DNA from: Octopus sinensis | Taxonomy: Eukaryota | NCBI RefSeq assembly: GCF_006345805.1 | Contig: NC_043008.1 | Coordinates: 77,128,001 to 77,192,000, forward strand | Direction of reading: 5' to 3' | Length of the DNA stretch: 64,000 nucleotides | Part shown: one piece after another, positions 12,850 through 26,242 of the stretch | Numbering within the stretch: position 1 is the stretch's first letter | Layout of the letters: every line of letters begins with the position of its first letter | Position numbers and translations under genes: made by a program | Notes under the pieces: generated by a model | Databases searched by the model: none | Told to the model about the DNA's origin: nothing | What the model saw: the letters and a program-made list of their open reading frames with translations, nothing else

Positions 12850-14274
12850 CACGATTTCTTCCTTATTTGGTAATTGTACCCATCTTAAACACATTTTACT
12901 CTTCGTGTGGGACGATTGTGTTTTCTCAATTTTTCTAACCACTTTTTGGGGGCCGCTTCTTGATTTTTTGTGGACGACTCCATTTTTTGGACGTTTGCAT
13001 GACACCATCTGGAATTCCATTTCCTATTCCGACGGTATCACGGCTGTTTTGTCCTTAGCGGACGCCCTCTTGATAGTAGCCTCCATGGCTAGGGGTGCCG
13101 CTACATTTGCTTTAGAGGAGGTAGACGCCCTCTGTGTAACCTCCTCCCTGGCGGGGGGGCGTCTCCTCCTCTATAATTTTACTCTCGGCCACCTTCTTTA
13201 CCACAGCCTCCCTGGCTGTGGTCTCCACTGCATTTGTATTAGTGTTAGTATTAGAGGAGGTGGACACTGTGTGTAACCGCCTCCTTGGCGGGGGTCGTCT
13301 CCTCCTCTATGTTGGTGACCGCGGCCTCCACTCTTGTAACAGCCTCCATGGCTGGGGGGGGGGGCGATACCTTGTTGTTCACCGACGCCTTTTGAGTAAT
13401 AGCCTCCTTGGTTGTGGGCGCTGGTGTTAAATTTTTGGTGTTTGCCGACGCCCTCTGTGTAACAGCCTCCATGGCTGGGGCCATCGGTGCTTCTTTTATA
13501 TTGGTGGAGGCTGTCGCCCTCTGGGTAACAGCCTCCTTGGCTGGGGGCGTCGCCTCATCTTTGTTCTCCTTTTCTTTATCCTTATTTTGCGGGCATTTCT
13601 GTCTTATATGTCCCTTCTTATCACATTTAAAGCAACATGGTTTTCTTCCCTCTACGTTGACCGTCAAGACCGTCTCCTCCCCGATCTGTATGGTCTCAGG
13701 GAGGTTTTCTAAATCCTCAAAAGAAGTCTGGGCCAGGATCTCCAGAGTTTGACCCCGCCAGTTTTGCGGGCGTCTCTGGTGATTTGGATGATTTTTATCT
13801 TCTCCTCCCGACCGAAGAGAATGGTAGCTGCTATCCACACCACCTCTACCTCTGGCGGTATATTTTTTATTTTGATCCGGGAGATTCTTCTGCCCAAATA
13901 CAAGGGAAGAAGCAGAATATTCCCACTTTGTACGGTTCGAGTCGAGAAATCCCTGGCCTTCTCAGCCGACTCGAACCGTGCTTCAATTGTTGCGAAACTG
14001 GTACCTCTTGCCAGGTATTTAATATCCTTTAATACTAGCCTGAGGCATTTTAAAGACAGACATGGAGTGGCGCGAATTTAGAATTTCTTCCTTTATATAA
14101 GGGATGGAGCGGAAGTCCTTGACTTCCACGTACACCTAAAGCTTCCAGAAATGTCTCGAACATTCTAGAAGCTCGAGGGAGATTACTCTCGTTAAATCCC
14201 TTTTCCGTTTTGCTTGCCGTCGTAGCAAGTAATTTTCTTCTAAGAACATTAACAGTTCTGAAAATTCGATCCAT
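12850..14274 (-). pseudogene. Tx1 ORF1 (gag-like, CCHC knuckle, repetitive C-terminus)
   Basis: CFKCDKKGHIRQKC at 13593-13634, followed by repeated PA(K/M)EAVTQRA units. Frameshifted. Confidence 0.8.
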
Positions 14275-14799
14275 GACCTTGCTGATGTAAAATCAAGGAG
14301 GCGAAACCTCAGAGCATACATATATGTATGTATATTATGTATGTATATGTATATGTATGTATGTGTGTATGTAAGTATGTAGGCAGATAGACAGGCAGGC
14401 GGGTATGTATGTATGTATGTATGTATGTATGTATGGATGTATGTAGGTAGGTAGGTAGGTATGCGCGTGCGTGTTACTAATGCGTCTGTTTAAGAGCCGA
14501 TTTATAACTCTTTATACTCCATATGTTCTATGACACTAATACAAAGTAAAATATCTATCTGTGTTACTATAACCATAATCATATGATGCTCTAATAACCA
14601 TAGGAGTACATATAATAATTAAATAGCAAGAGAAAAACAAGAACATTTTTTTTTCAGTTGTTTAACATTTCAGTGTCTCCACTGTACATGGATTTATACT
14701 TCTATCTACATAGTTTTATTGTATCACCAAGGGCCGTTTGGGGATAATAAAGAGCATTGTTATTATTACTAACGATTCTGCTAGCTCGCCACCTTAACA

Positions 14800-15420
14800 A
14801 TAATTATGATAGTTTCAAATTTTGCTATAAAGGCAGCCATTTTTGGTGGTGGGGATGTGTCGACTACATCGACCCAGTCTTCAACTGGTACTTAATTAAT
14901 CGACCCCGAAAGGATAAAAGGTGAAGTCGACCTCAAATTTCGCCGAGGTCGCCTTTGCCTTTCATCCTATAGGGGTCGATAAACAGTGGCGTAGCTAGAA
15001 TAAACCGTAACCGGGGCAAGCTGCAAAAATGCGCACCCCACCACCCAATTACAAAATCCACGATATTATATAGTACTTATTTTTTACAAGTAATTAATGT
15101 TTTAAAACAGTATTTTAGGAATACATACCTTACTAGGGTTCACTTACCTGCCGGCTCGGCACAGTCTGTGATTCAAAATATATTTTTTTAATGTTTGCTT
15201 TTATAAATTTTATAAATGGAATTCAAGTTTATCGTATTATGGTCAATTCTGCGCCCCGCTTCAATCGGCATCCGGGGCGGCCCCCACCCCATCCCGCCCC
15301 CACATCTAGTTACGCTACTGTCGATAAATTAAGTACCAGTTGAAGACTGGGGTCGATGTAATCGACGAATCCCCTACCCCCAAATGGCTGCCCTTGTGGC
15401 AAAATTTGAAACCATTATTA
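14800..15420. mobile_element. Head-to-head inverted pair of OK-type SINE 3' halves, interrupted by a hAT MITE
   Basis: The left arm (~14810-14933, minus) is the reverse complement of the right arm (14941-14983 plus 15321-15420). Confidence 0.75.
14984..15320. mobile_element. hAT-type MITE, 337 bp
   Basis: TIRs CAGTGGCGTAGCTAG / CTAGTTACGCTACTG. Perfect 8-bp TSD TCGATAAA at 14976-83 and 15321-28. Confidence 0.9.
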
Positions 15421-15437
15421 TTATTATTATTGTTGTT

Positions 15438-16040
15438 AAGGCGGCGAGCAGGCTAGAATCGTTAGCGCGCCGGACAAAATGCTTAACAGTATTTCGTCCG
15501 TGTTTACGTTCTAAGTTCAAATTCCGCTGAGGTCGATGTGATCGACTATCCCCCTCATCCCGAATTTCAGGCTTTATGCCTATATTAGAAAGAATTATCA
15601 TTATTATTGTAAAGGCGGTGTGCTAGTAGAATCGTTAGCATGCCGGACAAAATGCTTAGCGGCATTCCGTCCGTCTTTATGTTTTGAGTTCAAATTCCGC
15701 CGAGGACGACTTTGCCTTTCATCCTTTCAGGTTCGATAAATGAAGTACCAGTGAAACACTGGGGTGGATTTATTCGACACTTTCCCTCCCCCGAAATTGC
15801 TGCCTTTGTGGCACAATTTGGAAACATTATCATTAATATTATTGTTAAGGCAGTGAGCTGGCGGAATCGTTAGCACAGTGGGTGAAATGCTTAGCGTTAT
15901 TTCGTCCGTCCTTGCGTTTTGAGTTCAAATTCCGCCGAGGTTGACTGTGCCTTTCATCCTTTCGGAGTCGATGAAATAACTACCAGTTACGCACTGGAGT
16001 CGTTGTAATCGATTAGCCCACGTCCCTACAAATTTTTTTC
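15438..16040 (+). mobile_element. Three tandem OK-type SINEs separated by (ATT)n tails
   Basis: Each starts with AAGGC(G/A)G...GAATCGTTAGC and carries GAGTTCAAATTCCGCCGAGG (B-box-like). Confidence 0.85.
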
Positions 16041-16329
16041 ACCGTCGAACTTCCATCATCCCACTACCAAGTTTATCATCACCCCTTCCTTCCTTATTCA
16101 CCTATCATCCCTTCCTTTCTCATTCATATGTTGTGACGGAGAATTACATAAGACTTATTACAGTAGATTGTAGTTGTTGTTCGTTTATCGACACGTTTTG
16201 CACATCCCTCCCGTAAGTTTGTTGTTATAGTATTACACAAAGTTATATATTGAACATTTATCGTTATATAGATATTCTAACCAGAACCTAAGGAAGCTGG
16301 TTAGTTTTTCTCCATGTGTAGCCCTTAGG

Positions 16330-17150
16330 GACTAAATCGGGGTTTGTTTAGCAAACACGCCCCTCAGTTTTTGTTTAAAAAAGGAACTGGGACGAAGTGA
16401 CGGGGAGGGTGCCAATCTCGACAAAAATGAACTGAGAGAAAGCTATCCCCGAAAGGTCGGGCAGAAGTGGCGAATGCTTACATTGCCTCCATCATATATA
16501 TACCGCCTTCCCGTCATGCCTTGCTCCTGTTTACGTCTGACCATGCTAGAGTGCATGCCCCTCTGCTTTCTGTGGAAAGGACACGTTTCACTGGTCAGGG
16601 GCTCCATTTGCTGTTAAAACCCGTTGAATGGAGAGCTGAGCATCATTTGGCTGCTGAAGCGCAAACATGCGCTGAAGCTACATCTCCATCTACGGTGAGC
16701 AAGTGTGGTCGCCGTTTGTCAGACTCGCTTTTTCACAGCTCGTCTCTTTCACTGAGCTATAGTCTTGAATCAAGCATAGACCTAAGCAGGACGCCTGGCA
16801 CCTAGAGTATCGTCAGGCACTCACAGTCCCCTATTAGAGGGCAATGCGATCAGTGAAAGTTCCTCTTTTATAGTGTTAGTGGCGGGCAAGTGCGACGACG
16901 TTCTCGGGGAGACTCTAGGCGTCGACAAGAATCAATTGGCTTGTCTCTTCCCAAGAACATTTGGGCAGCGGCCTGTGAATAATTTCCAGAAATCTTTGGC
17001 CTGGCAGTGCTACTGAGTTGCATTGGCAGTACGGGATAAACTTTGCAGGTATGGAAGTGCTGCCAGCTAGGCTTGTCCGAGATGCCCTTAGAGCGACGAA
17101 ATTGTTCTGCATACTCTCGTCCATTGTGACATGTGGGTTTATGTCAAGCA
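16330..17150 (-). pseudogene. Tx1 ORF2 3' fragment
   Basis: Similar to 9560-10100 (for example RFLEII...SQLILVDA) and decayed. Confidence 0.6.
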
Positions 17151-17189
17151 CCTGCTCTTACGTATAGGACGGATCCAGCTATCGGAAAT

Positions 17190-17562
17190 AATTATTTCTA
17201 CTCTAGGCACAAGGCCTTGAAAATTTTGTGGGAAACGGGTCTAGTCGATTACATCTATCTTAGGGCGTAACTGGTACTTATTTCATCGACCTCGAAAAGA
17301 TGAAAGGCAAAGTCGACCTCGGCGGAATATGAACTCAGAACAACGGCAAACGAAATACCTATTTTTTTACTACCCACAAGGGGCTAAACACAGAGAGGAC
17401 AAACAAGGACAGACAAACGGATTAAGTCGATTATATCGACCTCGAAAGGATGAAAGGCAAAGTCGACCTCGGCGGAATTTGAACTCAGAACGTAACGGCA
17501 GACGAAATACGGCTACGCATTTCGCCCGGCGTGCTAACGTTTCTGCCAGCTCGCCGCCTTCA
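17190..17562 (-). mobile_element. OK-type SINE, fused copies
   Basis: Family core and tail as at 6803 and 36470. Confidence 0.85.
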
Positions 17563-17569
17563 TAGGCAA

Positions 17570-18168
17570 ATAGAGTTCTGCAAGGTGCCGATAACAGCCG
17601 AAGACGGTAGGCGGTGATGAGTCGTGCAAGGGAGAACTCTCTGTGGCTGGATAGCCAGCCCTTCGATCTTTATTTTCATATACCAGACCTGTTCAATAAT
17701 CTCTCGGCTGATGTCTACCACATCTCGCAGCAGAACGGAAGAATTCCCAGTGCTGAGCCGTGGCGTAGTGACGCTGCATCGATTTTTTTCAGGTTCCGCT
17801 TGAAAAGGAAAACGAGAGTGAAGAGGGAAGTACTGCCTTCCAGTATTTTTGTTGAAAGCTGGGTGAATGTAACAAGGATTGCCTGTGTGAATGGGCCTAC
17901 TCTGAGCATGCGCCTGTTGGCTGGAGGAAATGGAGAGGAGAGGGGTATACTACCGAGTTACCCATAGCATTCCGAGAGTCCAGAATGTGTGCGATTCCTT
18001 GGCTGCCTCTGGGTGGAGCTTGCCCCACCCCTTCTCGGGAATTTTATTGTTGGATTTTTTATTGATCATAGTCATTGTTTTTTTTTATTCTTTACACGCA
18101 TTTACCGTCTTTTGTGTTGTATCATTCTTTACGTTTTGTGTGCGGGCCTTGTGGCCAATAAAGAAAGG
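17570..18168 (+). pseudogene. Internally deleted Tx1 ORF2 fragment plus 3' UTR
   Basis: GLDSQPFDLYFHIPDLFNNLSADVY...QQNGRIP (start of RT) is joined to FFRFRLKRKTRVKRE...WVNV (C-terminus). Tail GGCC-TTGT-GGCC-AATAAAGAAA. Confidence 0.75.
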
Positions 18169-18169
18169 A

Positions 18170-18230
18170 CTACCACCACCACCACCGCCGCCGCCGCCGC
18201 CGCCGCCACCACCACCGCCACCGCCGCCAA

Positions 18231-18280
<50 letters not shown>

Positions 18281-18320
18281 ATGCTGCTGCTGCTACTACT
18301 ACTACAACTACTACTACTAC
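18170..18320. repeat. (ACC/GCC/ACT)n compound trinucleotide repeat
   Basis: Direct reading. Confidence 0.9.
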
Positions 18321-20232
18321 ATAAATGCTGTCACAGCTAACAGCAATCTATAGTAACTGCATAAACAGCTACAATATTTTGGTCATTAGTGCAGTGACTG
18401 AGGTGGAGCAACTGGTAGTGGTGCACTTAAATTGTGCAGCATGTATACCACTGAGATAAATATATTGCAATGTGCAGAATTATCACACTGTGACCTTCAC
18501 ACACAACATAATTTCTATGTTTTCGGTAACTTTGTGATGAACATTATGTGATGTGGTGTGGAAGGCGTTCCGCTACAGTATTAGAAGTGTCAATGAACTG
18601 AGATATTCATAACCATTGCGAGAGAGGAGATTCCGTAATGTGTAAACCGGTATGGCGATTTCAGATTACCTCCCGGTAACTTGAAATCGCTTTCAGATTA
18701 TCCCCGAGGGTAATTTGAAATCGATTTCAAGTTACCCCCTACGATTTCAGATTACCCTCACCTAAAATACTCGCCCAAATGTTCGTCTCAGATTACCGTC
18801 TCCGTGGTAGTCAATAAGAGAATCATTATTATGTATATTATCATCATCGTCATCATCATCATTTTTCTTCTTTAACTAACAAATATAATTACTAAAAAAA
18901 GTATAATTAATAAGACAAGTTTGCATCAAGTTGATAATGGGTAAACCCATTAAATGTATGTGTTGATGTTTATTGTATGTCAAATCGTAATGTACATTTG
19001 TATATGAAAGTCAGAGCTTTCATTTAGTTGGAGTTTTCGGATCTAGTCTTTCTCATTCGCAAAATGAGTGCCCCACCCGTAATTTTGCTCAGATTGCTTT
19101 ACCTTATCTCGTAAATTAAAGAATCTGATGTTATTTGGAATTAAAGTTGGGATATTTTGGTAATTTTAGCCAATCAACAGACAGTGTGGCATTAGCAGCT
19201 TGTTACCATGACAACCGCACGCCGTATTGTGGAATGCTGTTATCTGTGTCGTTATTGCCTATGTTGATTTTTCACACTTAGTATTTTTACATATTTTTCA
19301 TTTCATATATATTTTGGGACTCATTGTCTCAGACAGCTGGATTTATGATTTCATTAGGTTGATTCTATTCATAAAAAATTTAATTAGGAGTATTTCTTAA
19401 ACCGTTAGCTTCACATTTCAACAGCTTAACTGAAATTTAGCCCATGTAACAGGAACAGAAAAACTGTGGGTGATACGGATAATTTGACATTATTTTTGAA
19501 TGCAAAAACATATAAGATACAGGCATTCTTTTCCTTGGGACAAATTCTTTGTTGACCAGTGTTATTGTCATCGTAGTTTACAAATCCAAGCATGAAAACG
19601 TTACTGAACTTCGGAGTTTTGGAGACGGACGCCCCCTTTTCACACACACACACACTAACACACACACACACACACACTCATCACACACTCATGCACTTAT
19701 ATATTAATGATGTACATAAATACATGGCAAGTATACATAATGCTGAAGTACGCATAAACACATACAGACAAATATATTAATATAACAAATTTTGAAAAAT
19801 GATAAAAGCATACAATCAATGAAGAGACAAAAGAAACAGTAAGATGATACATGTTGATTTTATTAGGTATTTCTGTTTATTTAGAAACCTAAAATGAACA
19901 GGTCAGATGCTAAACTATAAATTTCACATGGTACAACCTTAAAGTTGACACCGCTCCGTTAAACGCAGAAAATTTCTCTCTTACTATTGGCTAAAAATAC
20001 TGTTTTTTTCTCGATCTTTAAACTTCTGTAACTTTTTTCTCCCACCATTTTTTTCTCCACAACAGCATACCTTCAAAGCAAAGGGACTGGAAGGCTACAT
20101 TATTATAGCCAATTTTCAGATCTTTTACTTCCTTTTAAAAATGCATATTTTGCGAATGAAAAAACCGAGTTTTCGCTTAGTTACTTAAGCTGAAGAAGTT
20201 TGAAAGAAGCATATCCAGAATGGGTTCTTTAG

Positions 20233-20532
20233 TATATTAGAATAGCTCAGTCCGTTCAAAATGAACAATTCGATAGAAAACACGAACAACAGCAGTTCAG
20301 TATTGGAAATAAAATTATGCTCAAAAACTTAATTCGAGAGGACAGACTGGGAGGATATTTTACGGAACGCAGCACAGCTCCTTACACTATTGCAGAAGTT
20401 TGCGGCAAAAATGCCTACCCACTTTCAAATCACAATAAAGTACCAGAAAATAAAGTAAATGCTACCAATTTTACTCGATATATTGAGCAACCACCAGCAA
20501 GTAAAAAACGGAAAACGAATTACGAAAATTAA
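20233..20532 (+). pseudogene. Gypsy/Ginger integrase C-terminal GPY/F module
   Basis: IAQSVQNEQFDRKH...FSIGNKIMLKNLIREDRLGG...TAPYTIAEVCGKNAYPL...KVN matches NI..AQ..QK..YD.KH..F.VGD.VLL.N.RR...GGK...GPY. Stop codon at 20230. Confidence 0.8.
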
Positions 20533-20746
20533 GATACCCAAGCTCCAAACTAATCAACAAACAAACTGCCGTGATGTTTTAATGTGTATAAAGATATTTC
20601 GTTACCGATTTAAAGTGTATGAATAAATTTCGCTTTGTGTATAAAACACATATTGTTCTTTAAATCAAGCTCTTATCGTTACATTCTATCATCTCAACTC
20701 AGTCCCCTATAAACAACATCGATCTGCTACATATCTATAGAAAAAA

Positions 20747-21135
20747 GTGGCTGTGTGGTAAGTAGCTTGCTAACCAACCACATGGTTCCGGGTTCAGTCC
20801 CACTGCGTGGCATCTTGGGCAAGTGTCTTCTGCTATAGCCCCGGGCCGACCAATGCCTTGTGAGTGGATTTGGTAGACAGAAACTGAAAGAAGCCTGTCG
20901 TATATATGTATATATATATGTGTGTGTATATGTTTGTGTGTCTGTGTTTGTCCCCCTAGCATTGCTTGACAACCGATGCTGGTGTGTTTACGTCCCCGTC
21001 ACTTAGCGGTTCGGCAAAAGAGACCGATAGAATAAGTACTGGGTTTACAAAGAATAAGTTCCGGGGTCGATTTGATCGACTAAAGGCGGTGCTCCAGCAT
21101 GGCCGCAGTCAAATGACTGAAACAAGTAAAAGAGT
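20747..21135 (+). mobile_element. Octopod OR-type tRNA-derived SINE
   Basis: GTGGCTGTGTGGTAAG (A-box-like), GGTTCAGTCCC (B-box-like), central GCATCTTGGGCAAGTGTC, and tail (GTAAAAGA)n. Confidence 0.85.
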
Positions 21136-22189
21136 AAAAGAGAGTAATCCAAATCACTTTCTCATAAACAAAGAAATAAAATGTTTTTATTAAAAGCAAT
21201 TGCAAACACGACGTTTTTTTTTTCAGTGCATCATAAAAGTGTTTTAAAAAATCTAATATTTTTGTCTTATTTTCATATTTTAAGATTAGTTTACAATCTT
21301 GAATGTCATCTGTGTTAAATGTTATGGAAGTATCAGGTAAGTGTTAGAATTTATTATTTTAGCAAAATTATTGACAGGGTAATGTGAATAGCGCGGGGGT
21401 AATTTGAAATCAGGTTCAGGTTAAACCTCCACCCTACCCCCGGTAATTTGAAATCGACTTCAGATTACCGGGAGGTAGCTTGAAATGGAGGTAACTTGAA
21501 ATCTTTACACCGGTCTCACATTAATATAGATAATTCTTGGAGGCTTCATTCAGCTGGTCTTAAGACAATCAAAATGCGGCCATCTCATATTACAATTCAG
21601 TCGTAGCCTACTCAAGACTATTATCCAAGGTGTTCCTCTTAAGCTGTGATACGAAGAAGAACCACGGCGAACGCGTTGTTGCTGTTGTTGTTGTTGTTGC
21701 TGCTGCTGCTGCTGTTGTTGGTGGTAGTGATGGTGGTTGTCGTCGTCGTCGTCGTGTTGGCCATTGCTTTGGTGCCTGAGGCTGGGTCAAATTATAGAAA
21801 TTATTCATTCCCACATTTCACACTAAACACGATAATTGTCCCTCCTACATTTCAAGCTCATGGCAGACTCCATGTCCTTCATGTCCTGCTCTTTATAATA
21901 TCAGTAAAAACTATCAGTATCGAGAAATAACATGTTTATTTTTATTTAGGAATCATAACCACGACCATGCTGGAGCAAGGCTATTTGTTTTCTATTGCAC
22001 GGGAATTGAAGTAGCGTATCGTTTCATCAATGTGATTAAATACGAAAAGAAGAGCAAGAGGCGGAAGTAATTTACTACTTATATATACTCTGAGCATTAT
22101 CAGATATTGATAATTGAGACAGAATATTGTGAGAGAATTTCAATGAAATCATACAGATCAATAATAATAATAATAACAACAATAATAAT

Positions 22190-22386
22190 GGTTTCCAATT
22201 CTTGAAATTTGGGAAAGGAGGCTAATCTATTACATCGATCCCAGTGCTCAACTGGTACTTATTTTATCGACCCCTAAAGGATAAAAGGCAAAGTTGACGG
22301 AATTTGAACTCAGAACGTAAAGATGAACGAAATATCACTAAGCATTTTGACCGGCGTGCGAACGGGTCTTCCAGTTCACCGCCTTA
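22190..22386 (-). mobile_element. OK-type SINE
   Basis: Family core motifs and (AAT)n flanks. Confidence 0.8.
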
Positions 22387-22439
22387 ATAATAATAAAAAA
22401 GATAATGCCTTATTTATTAATCACAATGGTAGAAAAAAA

Positions 22440-23690
22440 AAGAGCGAGGTTGGTACATGACGATGTGTGGGATTTTTATTAAAAAGCAAAAAAAAAAAAA
22501 AAAAAGAGAGAGAGAGAGAAATGACCAAAATAAAGCTTAAAGAACTCAAATTAAGAAAAAATCCTAAAAGAGAAATCTGAGGCTTACTGATGGAATCCTC
22601 ATAAAAGCAACGGTCACTCTGGCTACTAAAGCGAACAACCGTTTCCCAGATGGCCTTTTACAATCTAGAAGTGCATGCATAAAGCCTGTTTCATTTACTC
22701 GCACCATGCTCGCTATTCTCATCCATCTTATAATAATTTTGCTGGCTGGAGCATTTTCTTTCCAAGTGAAACAGGGAAAGGTTGATGAGAGCTTGGCCAA
22801 AGAGAAAGATCTCTGTCTACAGCTCTTTCAGACGCGTCCACAACACAATCTCTTTCACGAAGACCACCAGAAAAACAAAAAAAAAATTGCCTGCTCTTTC
22901 TGGTTAAAGTAAGGTGGCGGAAACAGCTTCTCAATGGACTCAGCTGATAACTGGATCTGTCTTATATGTACTTATAGTTCTTCGACATAACTCCACAAAT
23001 CAGCAATGCTCGGGTAGTAGACGAGTGCGTGCAAAATGGTTTCGTTCTCCTGCGTTCATCTCAGACAGGTCCTCAGAAAGCAGTCAGGCCAAAGATTTTT
23101 GGAAATTATCCATGGGCCTTATCCAGAAAGTCCTCTAGAACAGACCAAGCAATGCTTTTCAATGATGCCCAGAGTTTCACTCAGAACTCGTCACTCTTTC
23201 TTGGCACTAACCTTCTAGAGGGGATTAACATAGAGCTTCCACCCACCACATTATCCGATTGGTGAAAAGTTGTGAGAACTCGATGTCCTTTCTGGATCTT
23301 TGTTTGACCCAGAACTGCAGCTCTCTCATAGAAACAAGTTGTGGAAACGGAGTCCTCAACATCAAGGAAATGCTGGCGATGTCGCAGCCTCACCGTAGGT
23401 CTCCGCATCATCAGCCACGGTACATCCAGTCCTTCACGCAGGTGCAAATGGTGCACCTGACCAGTACGCATCTCTTTTAAAAAAGTGGAAAACAATCTCT
23501 CGTCCAGTCAGACGGGAAGAGAGGCAAAGCACGGGACGGTCAGGCAGTACTAGATTATGGAGATGATGTAGGCGTTCATCAACCCTGCTCGACCTTTCAG
23601 GTATTGCTTCCTCTTGGGAATATGCATTCTTGGGTATTTGACTTTCTATTATGAGGAGGCATCTAGGTCGGTACATCAGGTTAATTTAGT
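22440..23690 (-). pseudogene. Tx1 ORF2 3' fragment plus 3' UTR
   Basis: Collinear similarity with 9420-10600 (CCAAAGATTTTTGGAAATTATCC; HHLNLVL-like segments). Confidence 0.65.
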
Positions 23691-23714
23691 TGACATCATC
23701 ACGTCTACCACCGG

Positions 23715-23801
<87 letters not shown>

Positions 23802-23820
23802 CAGTACCACCACCTCTGCC
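23715..23820. repeat. (ACT)n/(ACC)n microsatellite
   Basis: Direct reading. Confidence 0.9.
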
Positions 23821-24352
23821 TCTATTACCATTAGCACCATACCATTACCACTACCTCTACCATTAGTAACAACAGCTACAGCACTACAGCAGCAGCATCG
23901 CTCTCTACCTATATTTTTCTATCCCCACCCCTACTGCACCTGTACCACGCCCATTCTACTTATCAAAAACGCACACAAACACACTCGAACCTCCTTCTTC
24001 TATCTCCTTATATCCTCCTAACGTATACATTCTCCTCTCTAGATACGTTCCGCATTTTTCATTAACTTCTACATTCTCACACACACATTTACACACACAA
24101 ACACACGCACGCAGATACTTGGACATACATACACACACACCTACAGTTATACTAACATGTAGTCACATGCATATCATATGCAACCAAAATGGACGGGCCC
24201 CAGCATGGCCGTAGCTCTCGAGCTGAAACTAGTGAAGAAAATAAACACAACACAGACTTATACAGATAAATGTTACATATGCACACAAATATAAATACAT
24301 AAACACACACATGCAAAAAGGCGCAAACATGTAGAGATATATACATACATAA

Positions 24353-24413
<61 letters not shown>

Positions 24414-24417
24414 TGTG

Positions 24418-24457
<40 letters not shown>

Positions 24458-24507
24458 TGTGTATGTATATATATATTATATATATATATATATATAATAT
24501 ATATATA

Positions 24508-25691
<1,184 letters not shown>

Positions 25692-25699
25692 TACAGTAG

Positions 25700-26095
25700 T
25701 TAACGCTGTGTGGTAAGAAGCCTGCTTCCCAACCACATGATTCGAAGTTCAGTTCCACTGCGAGGCACCTCGGGCAAGTGTCGTATACTATAGCCTCGGG
25801 CCGACCAAAGCTTTATGAGTGGTCTTAGCAAACAGAAACTGAAATATACGCAAAAATATGTGTCATATACGCAAAAATATGTGTCTTTGTGTCTGTGTTT
25901 GTCCCCTACCCCATAGCTTGACTACCGATGTTGGTATGTTTATGTCCCCGTAAATTAGCGGTTCGGCAAAAGAGACCGATAGAATAAGCATTAGGCTTAC
26001 ACAATTTAACTCCTGGGGTAGATTTCTTCGATTAAAATGCGGTGCTCCAGCATGGTTGCAGTCAAATGACTAAAACAAGTAAATGAATAAAAGAA
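25700..26095 (+). mobile_element. OR-type SINE
   Basis: Family motifs as at 20747. Confidence 0.8.
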
Positions 26096-26124
26096 TACAT
26101 ACATTATATAGGCGCACATACATA

Positions 26125-26195
<71 letters not shown>

Positions 26196-26242
26196 TATAT
26201 GTATAAGTGCAGGAGTGGCTGTGTGGTAAGAAGCTTGCTTCC

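Larger units (their letters stand above)
9212..14316 (-). mobile_element. Tx1/L1-clade LINE, near full length, disrupted
   Basis: ORF1 with a zinc knuckle, ORF2 with APE and RT domains, and a 3' UTR ending in a hairpin plus AATAAAGAAAT. Many stops and frameshifts. Confidence 0.9.
18639..21520 (+). mobile_element. Probable Ginger-type DNA transposon remnant (gypsy-integrase-related)
   Basis: Inverted termini TGTG..ACCGGT...GATTTCA..TTACCTCC with subterminal GATTTCAAGTTACC repeats (18639-18745 versus 21395-21520). Flanks GTAA/TTAA may be a 4-bp TSD with one mismatch. Contains an internal integrase C-terminal module. Confidence 0.6.

Noticed and set aside
15438-15500. tRNA genes at SINE heads
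   Set aside because: They have A/B-box-like words but no cloverleaf, and they continue into SINE bodies.
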